Assembly: GCA_902461815.1 (NCBI GenBank)
Contig: CABPZE010000003.1
Location: 10,544 to 74,543, forward strand
Direction: 5' to 3'
From: an uncultured Anaerotruncus sp.
Lineage (GTDB): Bacteria; Bacillota; Clostridia; Oscillospirales; CAG-272
Length of the DNA stretch: 64,000 bases
Made by a program: the position numbers and the translations under genes. Under the pieces are notes generated by a model. It was not told where the DNA came from. It searched no databases and saw only the letters and a program-made list of their open reading frames with translations. This document shows positions 9,070 to 18,875 of the stretch, in pieces. Within the stretch, counting starts at the first letter, position 1. Each line of letters opens with the position of its first letter.

Positions 9070-9215
9070 TCTCCTTTTCGCGGCTGCCGAGGCAGCCGCG
9101 AAAAATGTGAACAAAAGCTCCCTGCAAATATGTCATAAGATCCGGTGCAACGCGGATTTTGTGCGTTTTGAAATGTTTATAAGTCGTATTTTTCTTCATT
9201 TTGTGCGTTTTTTTA

Positions 9216-9244
9216 TTGACTTATTTTGCGATTTATGATATAAT
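9216..9244 (+). promoter_or_regulatory. Sigma-A-type promoter with extended -10 (TTGACT-17-TGaTATAAT)
   Basis: TTGACT tattttgcgatttatga TATAAT, about 150 nt upstream of the ldh ATG. Confidence 0.65.
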
Positions 9245-9282
9245 AGGATTGATATTTTGATATTGTTGAGATTGATTTTTTG

Positions 9283-9335
9283 GTTTCCTCTGCGCCCGTT
9301 TCCGCCCCGGAAATGTGCCGAGGAAACAGATTTTT
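9283..9335 (+). terminator. Terminator-like hairpin inside the ldh leader
   Basis: GTTTCCTC...GAGGAAAC stem enclosing an inner TTTCCG/CGGAAA hairpin, followed by AGATTTTTA. Confidence 0.35.
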
Positions 9336-9344
9336 ATTGAAATG

Positions 9345-9364
9345 TGTGTTAATTTTTTAACACA
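9345..9364. promoter_or_regulatory. Rex-type operator candidate
   Basis: Perfect palindrome TGTGTTAA-TTTT-TTAACACA. The core matches the clostridial Rex consensus TTGTTAAnnnnTTAACAA at 12 of 14 defined positions. It lies 33 nt upstream of the ldh ATG. Confidence 0.6.
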
Positions 9365-9396
9365 TAAATCATTCCCGCAAAAAAGGAAGCACAAAA

Positions 9397-10359
9397 ATGA
9401 ATAAGATAACCATAATCGGCACGGGAAGCGTCGGGTCAACAATTGCATACACGCTTGCGGTCACCGGAGTTGCCTCCGAGATCGTAATGATAGACATAAA
9501 CCGCGAAAAAGCTCTCGGCGAGGCGCTTGATATCCGTCAAGGCATCCCCTTCTGCGCACCTTGCTCTATCTACGCTGGCGATTACCGCGACGCCGAAAAA
9601 TCCGACATCGTGGTGCTGACCTCCGGCATCGCGCGCAAGCCCGGTCAGTCCCGCCTTGACCTTGCACAGACCAATGTCAATATAGTAAAAAGCATTATTC
9701 CCGAGATCACAAAGTATGCTCCGGATGCGGTTTATATAATCGTCTCCAACCCCGTTGACATTCTCACTTACACCTTTATCCGCTGTTCGGGGCTTCCCTC
9801 AGCCCACATAATGGGTTCGGGAACCATACTTGACACCGCGCGGCTTCGTGCGCGCCTTTCGGAATTTTACTCGATAAACCAGCAGAATGTACACGCCTAC
9901 GTTTTCGGCGAGCACGGCGATTCCTCTTTCATTCCGTGGTCGCTTGCAAATATATCAAACGTACCGGTGGATGAATACCGCGCCTCGCTGACAAGCGTTG
10001 ACGGCGCTCCGGCGGTAGACACCATGTACCCGGTGCTTGAGCATTCCGCAGTTGAGGAATATGTGCGCAAATCCGGCGCGCGCGTTATCCAGCGCAAGGG
10101 CGCGACCTTTTACGCCGTTTCTATCGCGGTCTGCCACATCTGCCGCTCCATCATCAGCGGCATAGATACCACAATGACAGTCTCCTCCATGCTTGACGGC
10201 GACTACGGCATTGACGGGCTCTGCCTCTCGCTTATAAACATCGTCGGCGAGGGCGGAATACGCGGCAGAGTGCTTCCTCCGCTCACCGACAGCGAGATGG
10301 AACAGCTTCACCGCAGTGCTGACTCCCTCCGTGCTGTGATCGAAAGCATCAAATTCTGA
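9397..10359 (+). CDS. ldh: L-lactate dehydrogenase
   Basis: 320 aa with KITIIGTGSVGST NAD-binding start and typical LDH length and motifs. Confidence 0.9.
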   Translation: MNKITIIGTGSVGSTIAYTLAVTGVASEIVMIDINREKALGEALDIRQGIPFCAPCSIYAGDYRDAEKSDIVVLTSGIARKPGQSRLDLAQTNVNIVKSIIPEITKYAPDAVYIIVSNPVDILTYTFIRCSGLPSAHIMGSGTILDTARLRARLSEFYSINQQNVHAYVFGEHGDSSFIPWSLANISNVPVDEYRASLTSVDGAPAVDTMYPVLEHSAVEEYVRKSGARVIQRKGATFYAVSIAVCHICRSIISGIDTTMTVSSMLDGDYGIDGLCLSLINIVGEGGIRGRVLPPLTDSEMEQLHRSADSLRAVIESIKF

Positions 10360-10369
10360 AATAACAAAA

Positions 10370-10409
10370 AATTCCCCGTTCGGCGCGCACGCGCACCGAA
10401 CGGGGAATT
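10370..10409. terminator. Bidirectional terminator between convergent ldh and ppa
   Basis: AATTCCCCGTTCGG...CCGAACGGGGAATT stem flanked by an A-run on the 5' side and a T-run on the 3' side. Confidence 0.75.
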
Positions 10410-10416
10410 TTCTTTG

Positions 10417-10956
10417 TTACACGGATTTGTCGGGATATTTGAGCTTGTAGGATTCAATTGCCGCGGCGATTATTTTTACCGCCTCGTCGGTACAGAAAAG
10501 CTCCTTGACCGCCGTCTGCTTGTTCTCAAGCTGCTTGTAGACCGAGAAAAAGTGCATGATCTCGTCGAAAATATGTGCCGGCAGATCGTCAATGGATGTG
10601 ATCGTGTTGTAGTTGGGATCGGAGAACGGCACGGCTATTATCTTGTCGTCAAGTCTGCCGCCGTCTATCATGCGCATGACGCCGATAGGATATACCTGCA
10701 CAAGCGTCATGGGATAAATGGGTTCCGCGCCGATGACAAGCACGTCAAGCGGGTCACCGTCGTCGGCGAAGGTGCGCGGGATAAATCCATAATTCGCAGG
10801 ATAATGCGTCGAGGTGTAAAGCACCCGGTCAAGGCGGAGGATTCCGGTGCGCTTGTCAAGCTCGTACTTGCACTTGCCTCCCTTGGGGATCTCGATCAGA
10901 GCTGAAAAATTGTCGGGCTTTATCATTGCGGGGTCGATGTCATGCCAGATGTTCAT
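10417..10956 (-). CDS. ppa: Inorganic pyrophosphatase (family I)
   Basis: 179 aa, IEIPKGGKCKYELDKRTG motif. Confidence 0.9.
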   Translation of the reverse strand: MNIWHDIDPAMIKPDNFSALIEIPKGGKCKYELDKRTGILRLDRVLYTSTHYPANYGFIPRTFADDGDPLDVLVIGAEPIYPMTLVQVYPIGVMRMIDGGRLDDKIIAVPFSDPNYNTITSIDDLPAHIFDEIMHFFSVYKQLENKQTAVKELFCTDEAVKIIAAAIESYKLKYPDKSV

Positions 10957-10982
10957 TTTTTCCTCCGGTTCTTCAATATTTT

Positions 10983-12269
10983 TTATTTTACATATTCAAA
11001 CTCAAAACCGTAAATCGAAACGGTACAGCCGTCGGTGCAGCCCCGCGCCTCCAGCTCGTCAAACACTCCGCTGCGGCGCAGCACCTTCTGGAAGAAGTTC
11101 AGCGATTCAAAATCGCTGAAATTTATCTGCCCCATAAGGTTGAACAGCCACTCGCCTTCTACAATGAAGGTGTTGTTCTCGCGTGTGATGGTCGTCTCGC
11201 GTCCGCCGCCGACATAAGCGTCCTCCGGCTCGTACTCCTGCTCGTAAACCTTTATGGGCGGCAGCTTTGAAAGCTCCTCGACGGTCAGGCGTATCATACT
11301 GTTAATGCCCTCTCCAGTAGCCGCCGAAACATATACCAGCGGATAACCCAGCTCTCCGACGAACCTTTCAAACGCCGGTATGTCTACCCGCTCGCGGTCA
11401 AGCGCGTCGAGCTTGTTGGCGACTATTATCTGCGGACGCCCGGCAAGCTCGGCGCTGTACCGCTCAAGCTCGCCGTTGATTATTTTTATATCCTCGCACG
11501 GGTCGCGGTACTCGGTAGAGGCTATGTCAACAACGTGCAAAAGCAACCGGCAGCGGTCTACATGGCGCAGAAAGGCATGGCCAAGCCCCGCTCCCTCCGC
11601 CGCGCCCTCGATAAGTCCGGGAATATCGGCGGCGACAAAGCCCGCGCCCTCTCCCGACGGAGCGGGCACGACGCCGAGCATAGGCGAAAGAGTGGTGAAA
11701 TGGTAGTCAGCAACCTTCGGACGCGCCGCGCTGATGCGGGAAAGCAGCGACGACTTTCCGACGCTCGGGAAGCCTATAAGTCCCACGTCGGCAAGCATCT
11801 TAAGCTCAAGTATGACCTCTCTCTCCTCGCCGCGCGCCCCGTTTTTGGCAAACATCGGGACCTGCCGCGTGGGAGTGGCAAAGTGGCGGTTGCCCCAGCC
11901 GCCGCGTCCGCCGTGGCAGAGAATGTAGTCTGCTCCGCCGCCGTCGGACATATCATGTATGATCTTTTCGGTCTCGGCATCCCTGATAAGTGTTCCGGGC
12001 GGAACGCCTATTATCACATCCTCGGCGTTTGCACCGTGGAACTTGCGTCCAGAGCCGTCGCCGCCGGGAAGCGCGACAAATTTGCGCTTGTAGCGGAAAG
12101 CAAGCAAAGTATTGCTGCCGGGGTCAACATGGAAAACAATGTTTCCGCCCCGTCCGCCGTCGCCGCCGTCAGGTCCGCCGTGCGAGACGTATTTTTCACG
12201 TCTGAAGGAAACAGCTCCGTTGCCGCCGTTTCCCGCCTTGACGTATATTTTTATTCTGTCAATAAACAT
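10983..12269 (-). CDS. obg: GTPase ObgE/CgtA
   Basis: 428 aa. Obg fold N-terminus MFIDRIKIYVKAGNGGNGAVSFRREKY, G-domain GFPSVGKSS, C-terminal OCT domain. Confidence 0.95.
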   Translation of the reverse strand: MFIDRIKIYVKAGNGGNGAVSFRREKYVSHGGPDGGDGGRGGNIVFHVDPGSNTLLAFRYKRKFVALPGGDGSGRKFHGANAEDVIIGVPPGTLIRDAETEKIIHDMSDGGGADYILCHGGRGGWGNRHFATPTRQVPMFAKNGARGEEREVILELKMLADVGLIGFPSVGKSSLLSRISAARPKVADYHFTTLSPMLGVVPAPSGEGAGFVAADIPGLIEGAAEGAGLGHAFLRHVDRCRLLLHVVDIASTEYRDPCEDIKIINGELERYSAELAGRPQIIVANKLDALDRERVDIPAFERFVGELGYPLVYVSAATGEGINSMIRLTVEELSKLPPIKVYEQEYEPEDAYVGGGRETTITRENNTFIVEGEWLFNLMGQINFSDFESLNFFQKVLRRSGVFDELEARGCTDGCTVSIYGFEFEYVK

Positions 12270-12366
12270 TTATCCGATCCTTTTTAATAGGAATTGAGTC
12301 TTTTTGTCTGCAAAAACAGCTATAAACTTCCCCGGCTGACGCAAAGCGCACCCTCGGGAAACCCTC

Positions 12367-13701
12367 TTACTGGTTTTCGTCTCCCTTTTCGCGGATTATC
12401 AGCTTGATAGGCGTTCCGGCAAAGCCGAAGGTATCGCGCAGGCAGTTTTCAATATATCTCTGATAGGAAAAGTGAAACAGCTCGGCGCTGTTGCAGAAGA
12501 TAACAAAGGTAGGCGGCGCGACCGAGGTCTGCGTCATGTAATAAATGCGCAGCCGCTTGCCCTTGTCTGTCGGCGGCTGGACGCGCGTTATCGCCTCGCG
12601 GAGTACGTCGTTGAGCATTCCGGTCGATATCCTCATGACAGAGGAGGAATAAACGGCGTTGATCTGCCCGAAAAGGTTTGAAACACGCTGGCCGGTCAGC
12701 GCCGAGACGTACATGATGGGCGCGTATGTCATATATGAAAGCGCAATGCGGATCCGGTTGTCAAAATCCTTGACCGTTGAATTGTCCTTGTCGGCAATCG
12801 AATCCCATTTGTTGACGACGATAACAGACGCGCGACCCGCCTCGTGGGCGATACCCGCGATCTTTTCGTCCTGCTCGGTTATTCCCTCACCCGCGTCTAT
12901 AATGATAAGGCAGACGTCGGCGCGCTCGACGGCGGTGTGCGCCCGAAGCACTGAATACTTTTCCACGCTGTCCTTTATCTTTGAGCTGCGCCTGATCCCG
13001 GCAGTATCAATAAAGGTATATGTGCCGTATTGATTGACCACCCGGGTGTCGATAGCGTCGCGCGTGGTGCCGGGAATGTCTGAAACTATCATTCTTTCGC
13101 TTCCCGCTATGCGGTTGACGAGCGAGGATTTGCCCGCGTTCGGCTTGCCTATCACGGCGACACGTATGCCCGCTTCGGGGTCTTCCGTGTTTTCGGTTTC
13201 CGGAAGCACCGAAAGCACCTCGTCAAGCAGGTCTCCGGTTCCGGTGCCATGGACGGAGGACAGTGCCACAAGCTCGGTATCAAAGCCGAATTCATAAAAT
13301 TCATAAAACTCCGGCGGAGTCTGCCCGACGCTGTCGCACTTATTTACCGCAACAACCACAGGCTTGCGGCTTTTTTTAAGCATTACCGCGATCTCACGGT
13401 CGTCGGCGGTAGGTCCGGTGCGGACGTCGCAGAGAAAAATTATCACATCGGCGGACTCAATCGCTATCTCCGCCTGCATACGCATATGAGAAAGAATAAT
13501 GTCGTCTGTTTTAGGCTCTATCCCCCCGGTGTCGATAACGGTCAGCTCTCTGCCCCGCCACTCGGTCTCACCGTATATGCGGTCGCGCGTCACCCCGGGA
13601 GTATCCTCCACTATGGCGCGGCGCTCACCGATGAGCTTATTGAAAAGGGTGCTTTTGCCCACGTTGGGTCTGCCTACTATTGCAATTACCGGTTTTGACA
13701 T
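12367..13701 (-). CDS. der: Ribosome biogenesis GTPase Der (EngA)
   Basis: Two tandem G-domains (GRPNVGKST and GKPNAGKSS) plus a KH-like C-terminus. Start set to the ATG at 13701 (GGAG 9 nt upstream) rather than 13716. Confidence 0.9.
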   Translation of the reverse strand: MSKPVIAIVGRPNVGKSTLFNKLIGERRAIVEDTPGVTRDRIYGETEWRGRELTVIDTGGIEPKTDDIILSHMRMQAEIAIESADVIIFLCDVRTGPTADDREIAVMLKKSRKPVVVAVNKCDSVGQTPPEFYEFYEFGFDTELVALSSVHGTGTGDLLDEVLSVLPETENTEDPEAGIRVAVIGKPNAGKSSLVNRIAGSERMIVSDIPGTTRDAIDTRVVNQYGTYTFIDTAGIRRSSKIKDSVEKYSVLRAHTAVERADVCLIIIDAGEGITEQDEKIAGIAHEAGRASVIVVNKWDSIADKDNSTVKDFDNRIRIALSYMTYAPIMYVSALTGQRVSNLFGQINAVYSSSVMRISTGMLNDVLREAITRVQPPTDKGKRLRIYYMTQTSVAPPTFVIFCNSAELFHFSYQRYIENCLRDTFGFAGTPIKLIIREKGDENQ

Positions 13702-13737
13702 ATCGGAAAGCTCCATTTCGGTTTTGTACTTGATTTT

Positions 13738-14709
13738 TTATTTGGTCGGACTCATTGAAAGATATCCGTTGACCTCGGAAAGCGGAATTGAAAACTCGGC
13801 ATACCCGCCAAGCTTTGCGTTAAGCTCAATTGATATTATCAGCATTTCCGGAGTGAAATAAGTTTCGGGATAGGTGTTGTACAGCTCGTAAAGAGAATAC
13901 TGCGTCATCATGTCGGCAAGGGATATCGACGACGTAAGATCTTCCGCCCCGCTTATCTGAGTGAATTTTCCGTCCTCAAAGAGCTTTTTTATATCCCCGA
14001 AGCCCGTGTACAGCTTTTTCTGCGAAACATTCTTGCCGGTGCTGAGATTTATCACATTGGAATACATGAAGCGAAGCTCCGGAGTTCCATCGGAGTAGCT
14101 GAGCGAACCCGCAGAACGCACCGAAAGAAGGTTGCCGCCGAGATACGTGACGGTGGAATCGGTGATCTCATATTTCACAGTCACGCCGTTTTTGGTGTAT
14201 TCCTCAAGCCCCATGAGACGGTTTTTGTACTCGGATGCGGCAATTTCGGCAAGCAGCTCGTTTATCTTTGTCTGCATATCGGCGTTTGAAAGCCCGGTAA
14301 GGCGCGGATATCTCAGTAGCTTGCGGCTCTTCATCGAGCCGACCTCGGCTATGACCTCGTCCGTCATCTCGACCTCGTAGTCGTAGCTCACCACGTCCAC
14401 CTCCTGGGTCGTCTCCTCGGTCACGGGACGGGTATCGGTGTCGACGGGTCTGTCGGTCACCTCCCCCTGCCACGGGGACGTGGTATCGGATGGAATATCC
14501 TGACCGCTCGTTTCTGGCGGCTCGGTATTATACGGCGAATCGGTAAGCACATCGATACCGACGACCAGCGAATTGACAGGCTGACCGTCCGGAGCGCGGC
14601 GGCAGGCGGCAAGAGATGCCGCAAGTATTGCCGGTATCAGCAGTGCAAGCATTGCCGAGCCTGCGCCGAGCGCAGTGCGCCGTTTTGTTGTATTTTGGGT
14701 ATTTTTCAT
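13738..14709 (-). CDS. Lipoprotein with DUF4163/DUF3298 (RsiV/PdaC-like) domains
   Basis: 323 aa with lipobox LAAC. LRYPRLTGLSNADMQTKINELL pattern is typical of DUF4163+DUF3298. Confidence 0.6.
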   Translation of the reverse strand: MKNTQNTTKRRTALGAGSAMLALLIPAILAASLAACRRAPDGQPVNSLVVGIDVLTDSPYNTEPPETSGQDIPSDTTSPWQGEVTDRPVDTDTRPVTEETTQEVDVVSYDYEVEMTDEVIAEVGSMKSRKLLRYPRLTGLSNADMQTKINELLAEIAASEYKNRLMGLEEYTKNGVTVKYEITDSTVTYLGGNLLSVRSAGSLSYSDGTPELRFMYSNVINLSTGKNVSQKKLYTGFGDIKKLFEDGKFTQISGAEDLTSSISLADMMTQYSLYELYNTYPETYFTPEMLIISIELNAKLGGYAEFSIPLSEVNGYLSMSPTK

Positions 14710-14770
14710 TTCAAATATACCAATCAGTGGATAAATTAAAAAATAATCGGCTCATATCGGGCGATCACGG

Positions 14771-16087
14771 TTAAACTTTACTCTCACCCGTCAGCGCGGA
14801 AATAAACTCTGCGCCGTCGCAGGCGACCGGGATCGCCGGAACGCCAAGATGCGCGGACAGCTCGGCGGGCGACATCCCGCACAGGAACAGATCCCCGTCT
14901 GCGCGAAGCGCGTTTGCCGGGAAATAAAGCGCCTCACCAAGCTCCTTGCCCTCAAGCTGAGCGGCGATATCCCGCCCGGTAAGAAGCCCGGCGACCGTTA
15001 TGGTCTCACCGAAAAAGTCGTTGCGAATGCGGTAAACCTTTACCCTCAGAGAGCCTCTTGCCTGCTCCGCCCTTCTTGCATACCCGCATATCACGTCATA
15101 TGCGGCATATCCAGTTGCAACAGAGACCACCCGCTCCGGCATCCCCTCCGGCACAGGTTCGGTAAATCGCAGTCCGCTTTCCGCCTCCTCGCTGAAGGAG
15201 GAAAGCATTCCGATCCCGTCCTCTATCTGCGCAAAGCCCTCGTAAAAATCCGGTTCGGGTATCGGAACTCCTCCGCGGACATAAAACTCGTCGGCGCACC
15301 AGACAAGGCGGCTTCCGCCCTCGGAAAGAAAGCGCTCGGCGTACCCGTTCACCTGATCTATCACCGCGCGGCACTCCTCGGGGGTAAACAGTGTCAGCGG
15401 ATAAAGCCCCTCGCGGTATTTTGTCAGCCCGGCGGGTACGACCGCGATCCCCTCAAGCGCCGGACGCAGCTCTGCAAGCTCGCTCAGTGTGCGGTCAAGC
15501 TCCGCACCGTCGTTGATGCCGCGGCAAAGCACTATCTGCGCGTGCAGTGTGATCCCCGCGTCGGCAAAGCGGCGCAGATAAGAAAGCGTCTGCCCGGCAA
15601 AGCGGTTGTGCATCATCCGGCACCGCAGCTCCGGATTTGTAGTGTGGACCGAAACGTTTATCGGGGAGATGTGCATCTCGATGATGCGGTCGATCTCATG
15701 CTCCGAAAGATTTGTAAGCGTAATGAAATTGCCGTGCAGGAAGGAAAGCCTGGAGTCATCGTCCTTGAAATAGCAGGAGGGACGCATTCCGGGCGGGTTC
15801 TGGTCGATGAAGCAGAAGATGCAGGCGTTCCGGCAGGAGTGCTTTTCGTCCATCAGCGCACTGCCGAATTCCAGCCCCGGATCGTCTTCCTCCTCCTTGC
15901 GCATACGGAAAATATGCTTTCTGCCCTCCCGCGTGACCTCAATTTTCAGTCGGCGCTCATAAATGCGGAAGCGGTAATCAAGCACGTCGCATATTTCGTG
16001 ACCGTTTATTGAGATAAGCTCGTCCCCCTCGCGCAGCCGCGCACGGGCAGCCGCAGAGCCGGGGACAACGCCGGTTATTCTGACCAT
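14771..16087 (-). CDS. PDZ + DUF512 radical-SAM-like protein
   Basis: 438 aa. N-terminal PDZ (GSAAARARLREGDELISING), Cys cluster CRNACIFCF, and the position upstream of der seen in Clostridia. Confidence 0.8.
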   Translation of the reverse strand: MVRITGVVPGSAAARARLREGDELISINGHEICDVLDYRFRIYERRLKIEVTREGRKHIFRMRKEEEDDPGLEFGSALMDEKHSCRNACIFCFIDQNPPGMRPSCYFKDDDSRLSFLHGNFITLTNLSEHEIDRIIEMHISPINVSVHTTNPELRCRMMHNRFAGQTLSYLRRFADAGITLHAQIVLCRGINDGAELDRTLSELAELRPALEGIAVVPAGLTKYREGLYPLTLFTPEECRAVIDQVNGYAERFLSEGGSRLVWCADEFYVRGGVPIPEPDFYEGFAQIEDGIGMLSSFSEEAESGLRFTEPVPEGMPERVVSVATGYAAYDVICGYARRAEQARGSLRVKVYRIRNDFFGETITVAGLLTGRDIAAQLEGKELGEALYFPANALRADGDLFLCGMSPAELSAHLGVPAIPVACDGAEFISALTGESKV

Positions 16088-16359
16088 TTATCCGACTCCC
16101 TGACTGAACATACTTTTGCAGTATTATATTGTAGCATATTAATGCGATATTGTCAATCCCGGCGTCTGCGAAAGCCGCCATTACCTGTTTGCACGCATTT
16201 GCCCCGCCCGTAACGACAGCCAAAGGATAAGCGGAGTCCTCCTGTGACGCGGGCATGACCTTTGGGGTGTCAATGCCGCTCCCGCCGAATATACTGATAC
16301 TGCACACATATGTCGCCCGGGATACCGACGGGTATTCCGGGCGCGGGAGGAAAGATACT

Positions 16360-16974
16360 ATGCTTGCAAATCTTGCTTACAACCGTGACAGGGCAGTGGA
16401 ATACGCCCGAAGATGGGCGCTTGACCGCAATCCGCTTTTTATTGACTTTACCGGGGGCGGCGGCGACTGCACGAATTTTGTGTCCCAATGCATTCTTGCG
16501 GGCAGCTGCGTTATGAATTTCACGCCGGATTTCGGCTGGTACTTCATAAGCTCCGACGACCGCGCTCCCGCATGGACGGGAGTTGAGTTTTTTTACGATT
16601 TCATGACGGGCGCTCCCGCTTTTTCCGGGCGCAACGGCGGCGTAGGTCCATACGGTTTTGAAATACAGCGCCGCGAGGTCCTGCCCGGTGACGCCGTACA
16701 GCTTGCGGACGAGGAGGGGGACTTTTATCACACGCTCTTTGTGACCTCTGTCGCGGGAAACGAAATATTCGTCGCGGCGCATTCCGACGACGCACTTGAC
16801 CGCAGGCTCTCATCCTACACCTACGCTGCGGCGCGCTTCATACATATCGCCGGAGTCCGCATTGAGGTCGGCGGGGAGGACTGCTTTTACGCTCTCATAA
16901 ACGGCGAGGCGCTTCCGATCCCGATGCCAATGCCGCCTCCGCCGCCTCCGACCGTACCACCCGAGGAGATGTAA
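16360..16974 (+). CDS. Putative amidase-domain protein (Amidase_6-like) with Pro-rich tail
   Basis: Start set to the ATG at 16360 (GGGAGG 9 nt upstream). Motifs NRDRAVEYARRWA and GGDCTNFVSQCILAG. C-terminus PMPMPPPPPPTVPPEE. Confidence 0.65.
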   Translation: MLANLAYNRDRAVEYARRWALDRNPLFIDFTGGGGDCTNFVSQCILAGSCVMNFTPDFGWYFISSDDRAPAWTGVEFFYDFMTGAPAFSGRNGGVGPYGFEIQRREVLPGDAVQLADEEGDFYHTLFVTSVAGNEIFVAAHSDDALDRRLSSYTYAAARFIHIAGVRIEVGGEDCFYALINGEALPIPMPMPPPPPPTVPPEEM

Positions 16975-17001
16975 GAGTCAAAACGTTTTCGGGGGTGCAC
17001 A

Positions 17002-17931
17002 TCAGCCGCCTGCGAGCGATTTTTCCCGCTCATAATAAAACAGATACTGCTGAGCCACGCCCGCATAAGGACCAAGCGCCGCGGCGTCAAAGTCGCCCGG
17101 AAAATACTTGGCAATGACCCGCTTTATCCATACGTCAACGGGAAATGCGTCAAATCTTGAAAAACCGAAAAGCAGGGTGCAGGCGGCGACCTTCGGTCCT
17201 ACGCCTGAGATGCTCATCAAAAGCTCCGCGGCGTCGCGTGTGCTGTCCGCACACGCGACGCTTCCGAGCTCAAGTATCCCGTCCGCAACGCGCCGCGCGG
17301 CGTCGTATATGTATTTTGCGCGGAATCCGGTTCTCAGCTCGGCAAGTGCCGGAATACCGGCTTCCGCCAGTGCCTCGGGAGTTGGGAAGGCGTATTCCGT
17401 CTCACGCGCACCGTGCCGCTCAAGCCCGCGGCAGTCGATCGGCGTTCCGTATTTTTCGGATATTGCCGCCACAAGCTTCCGTATGCGCGGTATGTTGTTG
17501 TTCTGCGATATTATGAAGGAACACAGCGCCTCCCACGAGTCCTGACGGAGAATGCGTATGCCGCCCCCGACCTCTACCGCCTCGCGCAGCACCTCACGGT
17601 CGGAGCGGGAGAGTATGTCCCGCTTTATTGCCGCATAGTCGGTGTCAAGCCCGAAGTAGCCGCGCCATATCGCGTCAAATTCTGCCGCGTCGGTGTTGTA
17701 AAAGTAAAGGGTGTCACCGTCCTCTGCTACGGCAATGAACCTGCCGAGCGCCACACCTGAATATTCGCATTCATGGGCGCTGTCCTCAACTCTTGTAAAG
17801 CGGAAGCACTGCCCGCACTCCATAACGGCGCACAGGTCAAAGTCCTTTGCGCCTTCGATCTTTATATACGGAACAGAGCCTTCTGTTCCGGAACTGAAAT
17901 TTACCGCCGGGGTTATTAGCTCCGTGCTCAT
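17002..17931 (-). CDS. 8-oxoguanine DNA glycosylase / HhH-GPD family N-glycosylase-lyase
   Basis: 309 aa with an OGG-type N-terminal domain plus HhH-GPD core (ISGVGPKVAACTLLFG...PVDVW). Confidence 0.8.
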   Translation of the reverse strand: MSTELITPAVNFSSGTEGSVPYIKIEGAKDFDLCAVMECGQCFRFTRVEDSAHECEYSGVALGRFIAVAEDGDTLYFYNTDAAEFDAIWRGYFGLDTDYAAIKRDILSRSDREVLREAVEVGGGIRILRQDSWEALCSFIISQNNNIPRIRKLVAAISEKYGTPIDCRGLERHGARETEYAFPTPEALAEAGIPALAELRTGFRAKYIYDAARRVADGILELGSVACADSTRDAAELLMSISGVGPKVAACTLLFGFSRFDAFPVDVWIKRVIAKYFPGDFDAAALGPYAGVAQQYLFYYEREKSLAGG

Positions 17932-17980
17932 GGTTTATCCTCCGGAAAAAAATTAATTTGTCAAATATGACGTTTTGCTA

Positions 17981-18010
17981 TTGCTTATAGGTGCGTGTTT
18001 ATGGTATAAT
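17981..18010 (+). promoter_or_regulatory. Sigma-A-type promoter (TTGCTT-18-TGgTATAAT)
   Basis: Extended -10 promoter. 8-bp inverted repeat arms GTGCGTGT (17991-17998) and ACACGCAC (18022-18029) bracket the -10. Confidence 0.5.
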
Positions 18011-18132
18011 TATTAAAAGTCACACGCACTGAAATTACCCGACTTATATTATACAACTTTTTTCGCGACACGGCAACATCGGGCGTGCGAAAACCGCAAA
18101 AACTGCCGCGGCGCGGCGGAACGGACGTACAA

Positions 18133-18837
18133 ATGCAGCAGATATACACGATACCGATCAAAGAACACTTTGGACGGAACAACGAGGCAAGAGCAAAATG
18201 CCCCTGCCCGCTTTGCTCGCTTTACCGGATGTTTGAGGAAAACGAGCTGGATATAATTCTCGGCGCTTCGATGATGGAGCCGGATATAAGGATAGAGACG
18301 AACCGTCTGGGGTTCTGCCGCACGCATTACGATATGATGTTCGTGCGCAAAAACCGCCTTGGCATGGCGCTGACGCTTGAAAGCCATCTTGACAAGCTGC
18401 GCAAGGATATTTCCGACCTTCCGCTGACCGTACCCGGTACGCGCGCCCGCGCCCGGATAAGCGAGCTGAGGGAAAGCTGCTATGTATGCGGCAGGATAGA
18501 GCGAAATTTCGGCAATCTGCTTGAAAATATCATCTATCTCTGGGACACCGAGGAGGAGTTCCGCGAGATGTTTGCGGCGCAGAGCTGTATCTGCCTGCCG
18601 CATTATGCGGATCTTCTCGGTACTGCTAAGGCAAAGCTGCCGCAGAAGCGCTACCGCGAGTTTGCGCGCGCGGCGGAAAACATCGTGCTTCCGTACTTTG
18701 ACAAGCTGCGCGAGGATGTAAGCTGGTTCTGCAAAAAGTTTGACTACCGCTATGACTCCGAGCCGTGGTACGACTCAAAGGACGCGGTCGAGAGGGCAAT
18801 GAAATTTTTGCGTTCCGACCTTCACGAAAAGAGCTGA
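18133..18837 (+). CDS. Cys-rich conserved hypothetical protein (DUF6062-like)
   Basis: Start set to the ATG at 18133 (MQQIYTIPIKE). Motifs CPCPLC...FCRTHY and CYVCG...CLPHY. Family name is from memory. Confidence 0.55.
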   Translation: MQQIYTIPIKEHFGRNNEARAKCPCPLCSLYRMFEENELDIILGASMMEPDIRIETNRLGFCRTHYDMMFVRKNRLGMALTLESHLDKLRKDISDLPLTVPGTRARARISELRESCYVCGRIERNFGNLLENIIYLWDTEEEFREMFAAQSCICLPHYADLLGTAKAKLPQKRYREFARAAENIVLPYFDKLREDVSWFCKKFDYRYDSEPWYDSKDAVERAMKFLRSDLHEKS

Positions 18838-18875
18838 AAAGCTCCCAAAATAAAAAACAAGGAACTGTTTTTACA

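Noticed and set aside
9075-9104. Hairpin TTTTCGCGGCTGCC-GA-GGCAGCCGCGAAAA after the 8404-9069 ORF, considered as a terminator.
   Set aside because: The T-run is 5' and the A-run is 3' on both strands, so there is no U-tract after the stem in either direction. It may still stabilise the 3' end, but it is not a classical intrinsic terminator.
14849-16012. 387-aa ORF on the plus strand, antisense to the DUF512 gene. Similar long shadow ORFs occur at 7007-7705, 19722-20519, 34109-34954, 37219-37878, 42695-43690 and 50726-51457.
   Set aside because: High-GC genomes give long stop-free antisense frames. These ORFs are Arg/Ala/Gly/Pro-rich, lack an SD, and overlap genes with clear family motifs on the other strand.
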